A DNA stretch of 64,000 bases from Escherichia coli. GTDB taxonomy: Bacteria; Pseudomonadota; Gammaproteobacteria; Enterobacterales; Enterobacteriaceae. The stretch lies in NCBI GenBank assembly GCA_009729775.1, contig GCA_009729775.1_4081.1. One strand, 5' to 3'. Below the pieces are notes generated by a model. The model did not search any database. It was not told the origin of the DNA and saw nothing but the letters and a program-made list of their open reading frames with translations. The stretch's first letter is position 1; every line of letters starts with the position of its first letter. A program made the translations under genes and the position numbers. Positions 53,050 to 61,866 of this stretch are shown one piece after another.

Positions 53050-53691
53050 TCAATAAAAAACTGGATCTTCTTCAGTAATTGGTATTTCTCTACGCACATC
53101 ACACGAAAGAGGATCAGTAATGAATACATTCCCATCTTTATCCATCATCACATTACTTGAATGAATGTCTGGTACAAAACGCCCGTGAAATTCTTTCATG
53201 ATGTTAGCAGCGACCGTTGCAATAGCAATCTCTTCAGAATTTCCACGCATATCATTCACTGAAGTTGCGTACTGACCAGCATGTGCATACGAATACAAAT
53301 CACCAATTTTAGTACTAACAAAGTCATCATAATTATTTTTTTGTTTAATTATAGGATAGTACTTGTCCATCTCATACCATCCAAAGTTTCCTTGTTCGTT
53401 TGCACTGTAGATCACTGGAAGAAACTTGGTTCCTGCGTTTTCAATGCAGTACTTTGCATAAGCACGAAAACCATCCCAGCGTGAAGTGGTTACTTTAAAT
53501 GCACGCCCAGGATAGTTTTTATGTTCAACTACTACAGAGTACATCCCCATTCCAAGCAAAGTAAGTTCAGCAGCTTTAACTTGTGGAAAGATTACGCGTT
53601 CAGCATAAGGAATATCAAACTCCATCGCACAACGAGTTTTTGATGGACGCAAAATGTCAATTAAAGTTTTGAATATTTCTTGCTTAGTCAT
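53050..53691 (-). CDS. putative kinase-like protein (about 213 aa)
   Basis: Start adjusted to MTKQEIFK...; FVPDIHSSNVMMDKDGNVFITDP resembles the catalytic loop and metal-binding D of small-molecule/atypical kinases. Confidence 0.35.
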   Translation of the reverse strand: MTKQEIFKTLIDILRPSKTRCAMEFDIPYAERVIFPQVKAAELTLLGMGMYSVVVEHKNYPGRAFKVTTSRWDGFRAYAKYCIENAGTKFLPVIYSANEQGNFGWYEMDKYYPIIKQKNNYDDFVSTKIGDLYSYAHAGQYATSVNDMRGNSEEIAIATVAANIMKEFHGRFVPDIHSSNVMMDKDGNVFITDPLSCDVRREIPITEEDPVFY

Positions 53692-53719
53692 TACTTTATC
53701 CTCTGTAGTTAATATCAAC

Positions 53720-53753
53720 ATCATAACAAAAAAGGCTGACCGAAGTCAACCCT
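53720..53753 (-). terminator. dual terminator/promoter stem-loop cassette
   Basis: GGTTGACttcgGTCAGCC hairpin, U-run, TTGACT-N18-TATGAT on minus strand. Confidence 0.55.
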
Positions 53754-53760
53754 TTTATTA

Positions 53761-54180
53761 TCATTTACAGTTTTCTATAACTATTGCACGTTTTAGTATT
53801 TTACTTTCATAAACATACTTAAGATGACCTTCTTCACGAATACGATTGAACACATATCCTAGTTTATCTTTTAGTACTGAAGCGGTATCAATGTCAAGAT
53901 TAACTTCAACCCCTCCTGTTAATTTAACTTTATATGTAAAGCTAAAAGCATCACCAGATTCAACCAATGGGACTACTTGTTCATACGTATTCAACATAAC
54001 TCGTTCATCATCAACTAAATTATATATTACTATATCACAAGTTTTTACCCCAATTTCCTCTAAGGTAGGAGCATTGTCTACTATAACATCTTTTACTGTA
54101 TTTGCAACCTGTTTAGCATCTGCTGCATATACATTAAAACTAAAAAGTACTAAAATAATACTTAAAAAAATCTTTTTCAT
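53761..54180 (-). CDS. secreted protein with signal peptide (139 aa), paralog of 52579-52992
   Basis: Signal peptide MKKIFLSIILVLFSFNVYA. Confidence 0.65.
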   Translation of the reverse strand: MKKIFLSIILVLFSFNVYAADAKQVANTVKDVIVDNAPTLEEIGVKTCDIVIYNLVDDERVMLNTYEQVVPLVESGDAFSFTYKVKLTGGVEVNLDIDTASVLKDKLGYVFNRIREEGHLKYVYESKILKRAIVIENCK

Positions 54181-54189
54181 TATATATCC

Positions 54190-54519
54190 TTATTTTATTT
54201 TACACGTCATATCGGGTTGTGCTGGTTTATTATTTTTAAACGGATTAGGTTTTTTATCTTTCTTTTTATCTTTTAAAGGTTTTTTGTCTTCTTTTTTATC
54301 TTTATCTTTGTCTTTTTTATTGTTATCAGGTTCGGTTGGAGTATTACATTGTGCTGGTGATGGGTTCGTCGGGTTACAGCTATTGTCGGGTGGGAGTTTT
54401 ACTTCTTTACAATTGTAAAATAGTAAACTTTTATTTGTGGTTAAATTATGAAAACGATAGTTACGTTCATTATTATAATAAATTTTTTTAGTACTTTCAA
54501 TGTCATTACACATTGCCAC
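54190..54519 (-). CDS. Lys/Asp-rich low-complexity protein (109 aa)
   Basis: KKDKDKDKKEDKKPLKDKKKDKKP run. Confidence 0.45.
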   Translation of the reverse strand: MAMCNDIESTKKIYYNNERNYRFHNLTTNKSLLFYNCKEVKLPPDNSCNPTNPSPAQCNTPTEPDNNKKDKDKDKKEDKKPLKDKKKDKKPNPFKNNKPAQPDMTCKIK

Positions 54520-54523
54520 GGAA

Positions 54524-54775
54524 TCACCGAAACTCTTTTTCTATTCCGAGTACATCCGTCTTACGCTCAGATAGTATACCTGAAGTATATGAATCTTTGT
54601 TGTCAAACGCATTAAATCCAATAGTTCTGTCGGTGTCGTGTATTATTCCTTTTGTGTATGAGGTAGTATAGAACTCCCCATTTCTGAAATCCTGCCTTGC
54701 TACGGAGCAATGATAATCTGCACCATAAGCAGTACTGGAAAATAATACAATTCCAAATATAATATATTTTTTCAT
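54524..54775 (-). CDS. secreted small protein with signal peptide (83 aa)
   Basis: MKKYIIFGIVLFSSTAYGA. Confidence 0.6.
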   Translation of the reverse strand: MKKYIIFGIVLFSSTAYGADYHCSVARQDFRNGEFYTTSYTKGIIHDTDRTIGFNAFDNKDSYTSGILSERKTDVLGIEKEFR

Positions 54776-54802
54776 TGTAATCCTCTTCTTAATTCCTCTT
54801 TT

Positions 54803-54834
54803 GTATTTACAAAAAAAGGCTGACCGAAGTCAAC
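54803..54834 (-). terminator. dual terminator/promoter stem-loop cassette
   Basis: GGTTGACttcgGTCAGCC hairpin plus U-run; TTGACT in stem. Confidence 0.55.
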
Positions 54835-54845
54835 CTTTAGTTTTA

Positions 54846-56390
54846 TCATTTACCGTATTTGCTCATGATGTCCTTTTCCCAATGAGTTACGTTACCGTTA
54901 TCGTAATCTTTAAAGGAATTATCAAGAGTAGTTAATGCATATTCGTATGCTTCAGGTGATTCAATGTCAACATCATCAGCACCATTTACTAAATCAGTCC
55001 ATGCTTTTTGTAGTTTACGAGCATTTTTACCAACATTACTTTTAATCCAACTAATGTTTTTGTTGATACTCTTATTATCAGCACCAGCTTTTTTACCAAT
55101 ATCGGATATCCACATCATTAGCTTTTGGAGTTCATGAATGGAGTTGTCGTTCATTTCACGATCTTTAGCCAATTCTGCTTCCATGCCATCAGTATCAGTA
55201 CCATCTTTAGAACCTACATCAATTCCATGTTTAGCTAATAGTTTACCAAGTTCAAAGAATGCTGCCTCAGCAGGGAAGTCATAACCTTTGTCTTTGTAGT
55301 TGTTCCATGCACTATCAAACTCATCTACAAATCGGTTGGCATAATCTGGATTGTCCACGAGAGCTTTGTACACTGCCATTGCATGTTCAAATCCTTCTTT
55401 GTCAGAACCAAACTCTCCCATTTCTGGACGATGAATGTAACCATCCATATCAACAGTATCAGGTAAATCATCATGAGATGTTTCAGCATCTTTCTGGTCA
55501 ACTGCACCTTCTTCATCTGCACGAACTAAGTAACCATCTTTTGATACTTTCTCACCATGTTCAGCTTCATACTTTTTCATAGTATTGAATGCAGAATTCA
55601 TAACAGTGATGAATCGAGACTTCTCACCTGGTGAGTAAGAATCTAATGCTGCTTTAATAGCATCATGTACTAATTGAATCTTATCATCTTTGCCTTCAAG
55701 ACGATTTTCTAACTTAGCAAGAACATTCTTAACTTGCTGGGCGTTAGCACGGTCTTCTTTACCTATACGGTTAACAGTATGGAGGATGCTTTCAAGACTT
55801 GCTTCTTCAGCAGTCGCTTCTTCTTGACCTTCAAGTGCACGCATGATAGTACTGAATACTTCAGTTGGTTCAGTACTGGTATTTCCACTCATTGCATCAA
55901 GTACAGCTTGTGCTTTGACTTTTAATTCTTCTTTAGGTACAGATTGCAATTCTTTCACAATACCTTGGATAAGTTGTGGTTTATTAGCAAAAATCTTACC
56001 TAACTTATCAGACAATTCTTTGACAGGGTTAACCGCCTTTGGTGCTTCTTGTTTTGGTTCTTCTTTCGCAGGAGCAGACTTTTCTTTTTCTTCACGTTCC
56101 ATATCAGCTAGGCGTTGTTTTTGTGTAGCATTAAGAAGTCCCAATGAATTAACATAACGTAGCTTTTCTAGCTCAGTCATGTTCTCAGTACTCTTAACTT
56201 CACCTGCTTCTGCGTTTGCTTTACCAGCTAGACCAGTTCCTTGGTTACGTGATCCACGTGAACCTTGACCTGCTTGATAACTATTTGGTCGGCGGTTGCG
56301 TTCACTCCATTTATCAGAGTGACCAGCCATGTTACCACCATTTTTATCAGTAAAATTACTTGGCATTTGATTTCTCTCCATAGATTTCAT
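54846..56390 (-). CDS. large charged protein (514 aa), function unknown
   Basis: ORF track; N-terminal LEKLRYVNSLGLLNATQKQRL block shared with 56636-57019. Confidence 0.7.
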   Translation of the reverse strand: MKSMERNQMPSNFTDKNGGNMAGHSDKWSERNRRPNSYQAGQGSRGSRNQGTGLAGKANAEAGEVKSTENMTELEKLRYVNSLGLLNATQKQRLADMEREEKEKSAPAKEEPKQEAPKAVNPVKELSDKLGKIFANKPQLIQGIVKELQSVPKEELKVKAQAVLDAMSGNTSTEPTEVFSTIMRALEGQEEATAEEASLESILHTVNRIGKEDRANAQQVKNVLAKLENRLEGKDDKIQLVHDAIKAALDSYSPGEKSRFITVMNSAFNTMKKYEAEHGEKVSKDGYLVRADEEGAVDQKDAETSHDDLPDTVDMDGYIHRPEMGEFGSDKEGFEHAMAVYKALVDNPDYANRFVDEFDSAWNNYKDKGYDFPAEAAFFELGKLLAKHGIDVGSKDGTDTDGMEAELAKDREMNDNSIHELQKLMMWISDIGKKAGADNKSINKNISWIKSNVGKNARKLQKAWTDLVNGADDVDIESPEAYEYALTTLDNSFKDYDNGNVTHWEKDIMSKYGK

Positions 56391-56413
56391 TTTTTCTCTA
56401 TGTCTATATTTAT

Positions 56414-56444
56414 AGTATAAAGAAAAGGCTGACCGAAGTCAACC
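56414..56444 (-). terminator. dual terminator/promoter stem-loop cassette
   Basis: GGTTGACttcgGTCAGCC hairpin; TTGACT-N17-TATACT on minus strand. Confidence 0.55.
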
Positions 56445-56452
56445 TTATTTTG

Positions 56453-56566
56453 TTACTTAGATTGTTCTTGTGCAGGTGGATTTACTTTTTGATCCACTAC
56501 ATAGAATACACCACCAACCAGAACTGCGGCGATGAGTGCAGCAACTACAAATTTCAAACCTTGCAT
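56453..56566 (-). CDS. small membrane peptide (37 aa), not in ORF track
   Basis: Hand translation MQGLKFVVAALIAAVLVGGVFYVVDQKVNPPAQEQSK; GAGGT RBS; sits between two cassettes. Confidence 0.5.
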   Translation of the reverse strand: MQGLKFVVAALIAAVLVGGVFYVVDQKVNPPAQEQSK

Positions 56567-56595
56567 ATATGATACCTCAGTTATATTGAGAAGTT

Positions 56596-56629
56596 ATGAT
56601 ACAACAAAGGGCTGACCTTAGTCAACCCC
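56596..56629 (-). terminator. dual terminator/promoter stem-loop cassette (variant loop)
   Basis: GGGGTTGACtaagGTCAGCCC hairpin; T-run on plus side, TTGACT-N18-TATCAT on minus. Confidence 0.5.
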
Positions 56630-56635
56630 TTTTTA

Positions 56636-57019
56636 TTACTTCTTGAACTTATGTTTTTCACTTTCGATTGCATTCACGATTTCATCATGAATTTTACGAA
56701 GATTGTGAGTTTTCTTGAGAGAATCATGCAATGCACGGAATGCAGAGTGTACAGTTGCTTTAAAGTGCTCTTTAGGAGTTACTTTAAGTTTCTCGATAAT
56801 ATCACGTACATAGATTGGGTGATCCTCAAACACACGATTAAGCTCATGACCTAGTGATTCTAGGCTAAATGCTTTTTCACGGGATGGACGATCATGTGCA
56901 AGACTTTGGTCTGGTTTTAGAAGACCTAGTGAATCTAGATACTTGTGCTTATGTGCATTGTCTAGACCAGAAATATCAACATCATGTGATGGATCTTTCT
57001 TATTCCATTTATCAACCAT
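56636..57019 (-). CDS. hypothetical protein (127 aa)
   Basis: HKHKYLDSLGLLKPDQ block similar to N-terminus of the 514-aa protein. Confidence 0.6.
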   Translation of the reverse strand: MVDKWNKKDPSHDVDISGLDNAHKHKYLDSLGLLKPDQSLAHDRPSREKAFSLESLGHELNRVFEDHPIYVRDIIEKLKVTPKEHFKATVHSAFRALHDSLKKTHNLRKIHDEIVNAIESEKHKFKK

Positions 57020-57134
57020 TTTTATAACTCCTATAAGAGATAAATTTTACTATAATATTTATAGTTCCGTTGTCATTTATATCGAATGACATAAAACATT
57101 ATATCATAATAAGAATGGTTGTCCCAAAGTTAAA

Positions 57135-57578
57135 TTAGTACTGATCAAGTTCAGATGTAAAAATGAATGCATCCATGTCTTCCAACGTAAGTTTTAAGTC
57201 TGGTACATACTTAAGAATAACGCACTCTGGCTTCTTAATAGCAGCTTGATAAGCAGCAATGGCAAGGGATTCCAACTGCTGTGCTGTATAATTTTTACGT
57301 TCTGCATTAAAAACTTTGTTTTTGATATCACCACCTGGGAGTTTTTCAAACTCACGCATAACTGCGGTAAGAACATCGTCAGCAGTGTTACTATATACCC
57401 ATTGGGGTAATTGCATTACATTATAAATCACACCACTATCATCCATCAAAGAGATCCATTTGTACCCATCACTAGCACTGAACAAACGCCCTTTTAGTAC
57501 TGTGTTATTAGTTAAATTTACAAATGCAAAAATATCTTGTTCGTTAAGTTCAATACTATTAACATTTACCCAACTCAT
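57135..57578 (-). CDS. hypothetical protein (about 147 aa)
   Basis: Start adjusted to MSWVNVNSIEL... Confidence 0.55.
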   Translation of the reverse strand: MSWVNVNSIELNEQDIFAFVNLTNNTVLKGRLFSASDGYKWISLMDDSGVIYNVMQLPQWVYSNTADDVLTAVMREFEKLPGGDIKNKVFNAERKNYTAQQLESLAIAAYQAAIKKPECVILKYVPDLKLTLEDMDAFIFTSELDQY

Positions 57579-57591
57579 TACGATTCCCCAT

Positions 57592-58188
57592 TCATAAATC
57601 ACGAACAATATTCATTAAACACAATTTAGGTTTTATAGCATTCAACACCCATATGCATTCTTTGTAAGTAGCTATTATATCATCTAAATGCTCAGTTACA
57701 ATGCTTTCTTGAAAATATTCTTCATCATTGAGCTTTGCTAATTTAGTAACATCACACGTAGGCACTATAGGTCTGGATTGTACACCCATTCCATTATTGA
57801 TATTAGTGAAATGTACAAAATGGTACTTCACAACACCTTTATCTAGATTTATTATACATGACAAATTTTCCAACTCAGTTAGCTTTTTATTACAAGTAAC
57901 ATTAATGAAACCAGCATTATAGGCTCTATAATCATCTACTGATATCTCAAGATCATTACGCTCAAATATAAGTGAGATGAGTTGGTCGAGTGGTTTGACA
58001 TTCATATATTTTAATGAATTTACGTATGATACTTCAATCTTAGATGAAATTATCTTTTTACTAAGTGCAGTTAAATCTTTGTTAGATTTAACTGTTAAAA
58101 CAATAGGTTTAAACCTAGAACTTTTGTTCTTTTTTGATACTTTAAAACGACCTTTACGATTCATAATTTCCTCAATTAATAATTTCAC
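57592..58188 (-). CDS. family-B-like protein (198 aa), EEYFQESIV motif
   Basis: ORF track; family motif. Confidence 0.6.
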   Translation of the reverse strand: MKLLIEEIMNRKGRFKVSKKNKSSRFKPIVLTVKSNKDLTALSKKIISSKIEVSYVNSLKYMNVKPLDQLISLIFERNDLEISVDDYRAYNAGFINVTCNKKLTELENLSCIINLDKGVVKYHFVHFTNINNGMGVQSRPIVPTCDVTKLAKLNDEEYFQESIVTEHLDDIIATYKECIWVLNAIKPKLCLMNIVRDL

Positions 58189-58393
58189 ATTTAACGTGTG
58201 GTTTATATAGCATAATTAACCCATTTTTAAGTACAATGATTGTTGCTCTGTTAGTAATCGAAACGTTTTTAATTATACTTTTTTTATATGTTTCAACATA
58301 TTTCTCTTCATAATTTATACATTTAACATATTCTTTTTGTTTAGCACTTACAACAGTACTGAATAATATCAGTACAAGTACTATATATTTCAT
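58172..58393 (-). CDS. secreted small protein with signal peptide (73 aa)
   Basis: MKYIVLVLILFSTVVSA. Confidence 0.55.
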   Translation of the reverse strand: MKYIVLVLILFSTVVSAKQKEYVKCINYEEKYVETYKKSIIKNVSITNRATIIVLKNGLIMLYKPHVKCEIIN

Positions 58394-58445
58394 TACTATA
58401 CCTTATAAACAAAAAGGAATTCATTTAAGAATTCCTATTTTACAA

Positions 58446-58739
58446 TCATTTATCTAACATACCATTGTGCAAACGTTCATATACTTCAGTTCGACGCAAA
58501 TTAACAATATCTTCTGCGTATTTTAATGTAAATGCCCATGCTTTTGGATGTACGTTAAGCTTCATACGAATTCGATTTTTCATCAACTCTCCACTTAAAC
58601 GAATAAATTCGTGTACACCACGACTACCGTATTCAGTAATTAAATCATTAATGTACATATCACGAAGAGTTTCATCTGCACATTCTTTAACCATTTCTAC
58701 GTCAGCGACGATGCTTTCATTAACTGAAGTACTGATCAT
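58446..58739 (-). CDS. hypothetical protein (97 aa)
   Basis: ORF track. Confidence 0.55.
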   Translation of the reverse strand: MISTSVNESIVADVEMVKECADETLRDMYINDLITEYGSRGVHEFIRLSGELMKNRIRMKLNVHPKAWAFTLKYAEDIVNLRRTEVYERLHNGMLDK

Positions 58740-58751
58740 TTTTAATTTACC

Positions 58752-59018
58752 TTATTTAAATTCGACTGTAATTTTATCACCTTCAACTACGAACTTACAG
58801 TTGTAGCGACGTGCCATATCCATGTACATATGCTCAGAGTACCAAGGAACATCAATAATCGGATGCTCTGCATATTGTAGAACTTCACGGTCGCCCACTG
58901 TAGTAATGATGAAAGGAATGTTCATCTCTCGTAAAAACAGTTCAGCACCAGGAGAACGATTAATAAATTCAGTATCATTACGTAAAGTAAATCCATTATA
59001 TTGTAATTTAAGCTTCAT
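58752..59018 (-). CDS. hypothetical protein (88 aa)
   Basis: ORF track. Confidence 0.55.
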   Translation of the reverse strand: MKLKLQYNGFTLRNDTEFINRSPGAELFLREMNIPFIITTVGDREVLQYAEHPIIDVPWYSEHMYMDMARRYNCKFVVEGDKITVEFK

Positions 59019-59032
59019 ATGTTATCCTCTAT

Positions 59033-59377
59033 TCAATACCATTCTTTAAAACCATTAAGTTCGGCTACGTGAGTGATTATAACACATATAACATTCAGGT
59101 CAAGTATAATTTGATCATAATTTAATTTTATACGATCATCATTATATGCTCTAAAAACTACATCGTAATCAAAGAAATTTGCGTTTTCATCATTCATTGA
59201 AACGATTCGGTATCTACGTCTTCCATCTGTATTGAATATAGTTAAACACTGTTGAAACTTTCTCATTAACTGTTTAGATAGGATATTATAATATTCAATA
59301 TCTTTTTGTGAATTACGTGGGTCATCAGGAAGATAGAATGAAACAAATTTCTTTAATTCTATTTGAGTTTTATCCAT
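59033..59377 (-). CDS. hypothetical protein (114 aa)
   Basis: ORF track. Confidence 0.55.
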   Translation of the reverse strand: MDKTQIELKKFVSFYLPDDPRNSQKDIEYYNILSKQLMRKFQQCLTIFNTDGRRRYRIVSMNDENANFFDYDVVFRAYNDDRIKLNYDQIILDLNVICVIITHVAELNGFKEWY

Positions 59378-59810
59378 ATATTACCTCATTTGTTTCTCTT
59401 TTACTTTGTCGGAACTCATCCTTTGCTTCCTTAACTGACATGATACGAACTAATTTAGCACTACCGCAATAGTACTGAACCTGATTACGACCAATGTCTA
59501 CATGGTGGTCTGGAACTTCATATACAGATATAGCAAACCCAGCACGATGCAATTTACCCAAGTCCATAGTGAAGAATCTGAACAAATCTTTCAAACTTTG
59601 ACAGCCAAATACCCATCCACTTTTGATTGAATAGATCCCATCCTCAGTTGGTTCAGGTTGGAATTGAGAAGGTGTAGTCATAAGCAAACGGTCAAATCCA
59701 TTTTTAGTACTGTATCTGGTTGAATACCGTGCAAACGGACCTACAGTTCGTGCAGGATCTAAGTTAGGTTCAATGTAACTAAATTTAAGTTCAAAACGAT
59801 ATACATACAT
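59370..59810 (-). CDS. hypothetical protein (146 aa)
   Basis: ORF track. Confidence 0.6.
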   Translation of the reverse strand: MYVYRFELKFSYIEPNLDPARTVGPFARYSTRYSTKNGFDRLLMTTPSQFQPEPTEDGIYSIKSGWVFGCQSLKDLFRFFTMDLGKLHRAGFAISVYEVPDHHVDIGRNQVQYYCGSAKLVRIMSVKEAKDEFRQSKRETNEVIYG

Positions 59811-59838
59811 AATTAAAATCCTCTAATTTATTAAGAGA

Positions 59839-59870
59839 ATTATAACAAAAAAGGCTGACCGAAGTCAACC
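59839..59870 (-). terminator. dual terminator/promoter stem-loop cassette
   Basis: GGTTGACttcgGTCAGCC hairpin; TTGACT-N18-TATAAT on minus; stop codon of upstream gene lies in the stem. Confidence 0.55.
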
Positions 59871-60056
59871 TTTGTTTTGAAGTTCTTGAACTAATTGTCG
59901 TACTTCGTTAATATTTTTACACTGCTTTACAGTGAAGTAATCATACTTACGACCATAGGTTCTTGGGTCATCACCTTCCATATACTGCTGCACATCAAAG
60001 ATTTGTAAGTAGGGATGCTGCATAACACGAATATTACCACCTTGATAAATCAACAT
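59865..60056 (-). CDS. hypothetical protein (about 63 aa)
   Basis: Start adjusted to MLIYQGGNIRV... Confidence 0.45.
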   Translation of the reverse strand: MLIYQGGNIRVMQHPYLQIFDVQQYMEGDDPRTYGRKYDYFTVKQCKNINEVRQLVQELQNKG

Positions 60057-60060
60057 AATA

Positions 60061-60411
60061 TCAATCCTTATATTTACACAAGCCACCAAAACTAGTTTCT
60101 TTAGCACCACGACGCATCATAACTAATTTAGCATATTGTGTACCATTACTATCTTCATATACATCTACTTCAATAAACGCTAAGAAGTTAGGATCTGTGT
60201 CGTTAGAAAACTCAGTGAAGCTAATGTCGCCCACTGTATGCTCTTTAACAAACGTATATGATTGTCCATCAATATATACAATATCTCGATCGTCACTATC
60301 ACCTTGATAGATATGTTTAATATTACCATCTGTACAAACTAAACCTTCCAATGGTTCAGCATATGACAATCCACACATTAACATACATACAAAAAATAAA
60401 ATAATTTTCAT
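60061..60411 (-). CDS. secreted protein with signal peptide (116 aa), paralog of 60802-61161
   Basis: MKIILFFVCMLMCGLSYA signal; shared central block. Confidence 0.6.
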   Translation of the reverse strand: MKIILFFVCMLMCGLSYAEPLEGLVCTDGNIKHIYQGDSDDRDIVYIDGQSYTFVKEHTVGDISFTEFSNDTDPNFLAFIEVDVYEDSNGTQYAKLVMMRRGAKETSFGGLCKYKD

Positions 60412-60413
60412 GA

Positions 60414-60791
60414 TTATTTTCCTCCAACGTTAAGTGATTTCTTGTACTGATATTCTTTATAAGTACTATACCATATATCACCAACGTAAATCAAGTACCA
60501 CGTAGCAGGATAAAGAGCCAATCCAGTACTGATGTATACGAACTTTTGGTCAAGGACATCAAATACATACAGAAGGAAAGTTACTCCCATAATGCAAGAA
60601 CAAATTAACCACAAGTTATAAGCAATCGAATCGCAAGCAAAAATAGAATCAAGCTTAGAAATTAGGACATATTTGTTTGTTAACATGAAATGAATTACTG
60701 CAACTAAACAATATCCTGCCATAAAAATAGAAATTAAAAAAGACAGAATAATTGGAATATTCAACAACAAAAGTAAAATAGTGTTTACCAT
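60414..60791 (-). CDS. multi-pass membrane protein (125 aa)
   Basis: Hydrophobic helices. Confidence 0.6.
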   Translation of the reverse strand: MVNTILLLLLNIPIILSFLISIFMAGYCLVAVIHFMLTNKYVLISKLDSIFACDSIAYNLWLICSCIMGVTFLLYVFDVLDQKFVYISTGLALYPATWYLIYVGDIWYSTYKEYQYKKSLNVGGK

Positions 60792-60801
60792 TTTTTAAGT
60801 C

Positions 60802-61161
60802 CTATATTTCACAGTGTAAGTTCAATTTATCTATATCTAGGTCACGGCGTACCGATGAGTCCAAGTAAATTACTATATAGATATCACCATTACCAGTTCT
60901 TGGGTCTACAATTAATATTACGTTTGCTAATGTACCAGAATCATCTCTATAAGTCGAGATTTTTTTATTACCGATAATACTTTCTACTTTAAAACGATAA
61001 ATCACACCATCAACAACTATATTTTTACCATTTCTAGGGTCGTTAGTCAATACATGCCACGTTCCCTTAGTACTACGACAATATGTTTCTGCTGGTGCAC
61101 CATAACTAAAACATGAAAATAATGCACACACAAGTGCTATTAATTTTATATAACTCTTCAT
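60802..61161 (-). CDS. secreted protein with signal peptide (119 aa)
   Basis: MKSYIKLIALVCALFSCFSYGA signal. Confidence 0.6.
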   Translation of the reverse strand: MKSYIKLIALVCALFSCFSYGAPAETYCRSTKGTWHVLTNDPRNGKNIVVDGVIYRFKVESIIGNKKISTYRDDSGTLANVILIVDPRTGNGDIYIVIYLDSSVRRDLDIDKLNLHCEI

Positions 61162-61239
61162 AACAAACCTCTAACGAGAAATACTTCTGTACTATATATA
61201 TGTACAGAAGTATTTAATACTATAGAGATATTTTCACTG

Positions 61240-61566
61240 TTACATCTTATTCGTGAACTTGAATTTGATAATATCAATCCAAATTTTAACATTTCCTGCA
61301 AATAGTGCTTTGATTAGCCACATAATTGCAACAAAGTTCTCAACTAAATCCAAAGTTTTAACTACTGCACCGAGTGGGAAGATAAAACTCAAAACCCATA
61401 CAATTACTGAAACCACAACGACTGTATAGAAAATACGCACAATCGGTGAATCAAGCATAAACAACTCAGAGAACTCTTTTTTATCATTATCATCAGTAAT
61501 AAAGCATTCGTAAACCAGAAGCCAAATCAGAATTAAAGACGGAATTGAAATTAGTACTGATAGCAT
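61240..61566 (-). CDS. membrane protein (108 aa)
   Basis: Hydrophobic helices. Confidence 0.55.
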   Translation of the reverse strand: MLSVLISIPSLILIWLLVYECFITDDNDKKEFSELFMLDSPIVRIFYTVVVVSVIVWVLSFIFPLGAVVKTLDLVENFVAIMWLIKALFAGNVKIWIDIIKFKFTNKM

Positions 61567-61623
61567 ATTTTTTACCTCAAGTTTAAGTGTTAAGTTTCAG
61601 ACTACAGGAACCATTATACAGTA

Positions 61624-61866
61624 CTACGAACGTTTGTCAACATTTGTTTCTTCAATAAGCATAAGATAACTTAACACGAAGAGTAATACCGAAATAATAT
61701 CAATAACTGTAAAGCTCACTGGAATGATAATAGACACCAGTACTAATGCCACGTTTAGCAAGAATACAGTAGTGAGATCTACCATCGTTCGTCTAGTGGC
61801 TAATGCCACTAGTGTAGGATAGAACATAAACAATAGTGCGACAACAAAACTTAGTACTAGATACAT
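61624..61866 (-). CDS. small membrane protein (80 aa)
   Basis: Two to three hydrophobic helices. Confidence 0.55.
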   Translation of the reverse strand: MYLVLSFVVALLFMFYPTLVALATRRTMVDLTTVFLLNVALVLVSIIIPVSFTVIDIISVLLFVLSYLMLIEETNVDKRS

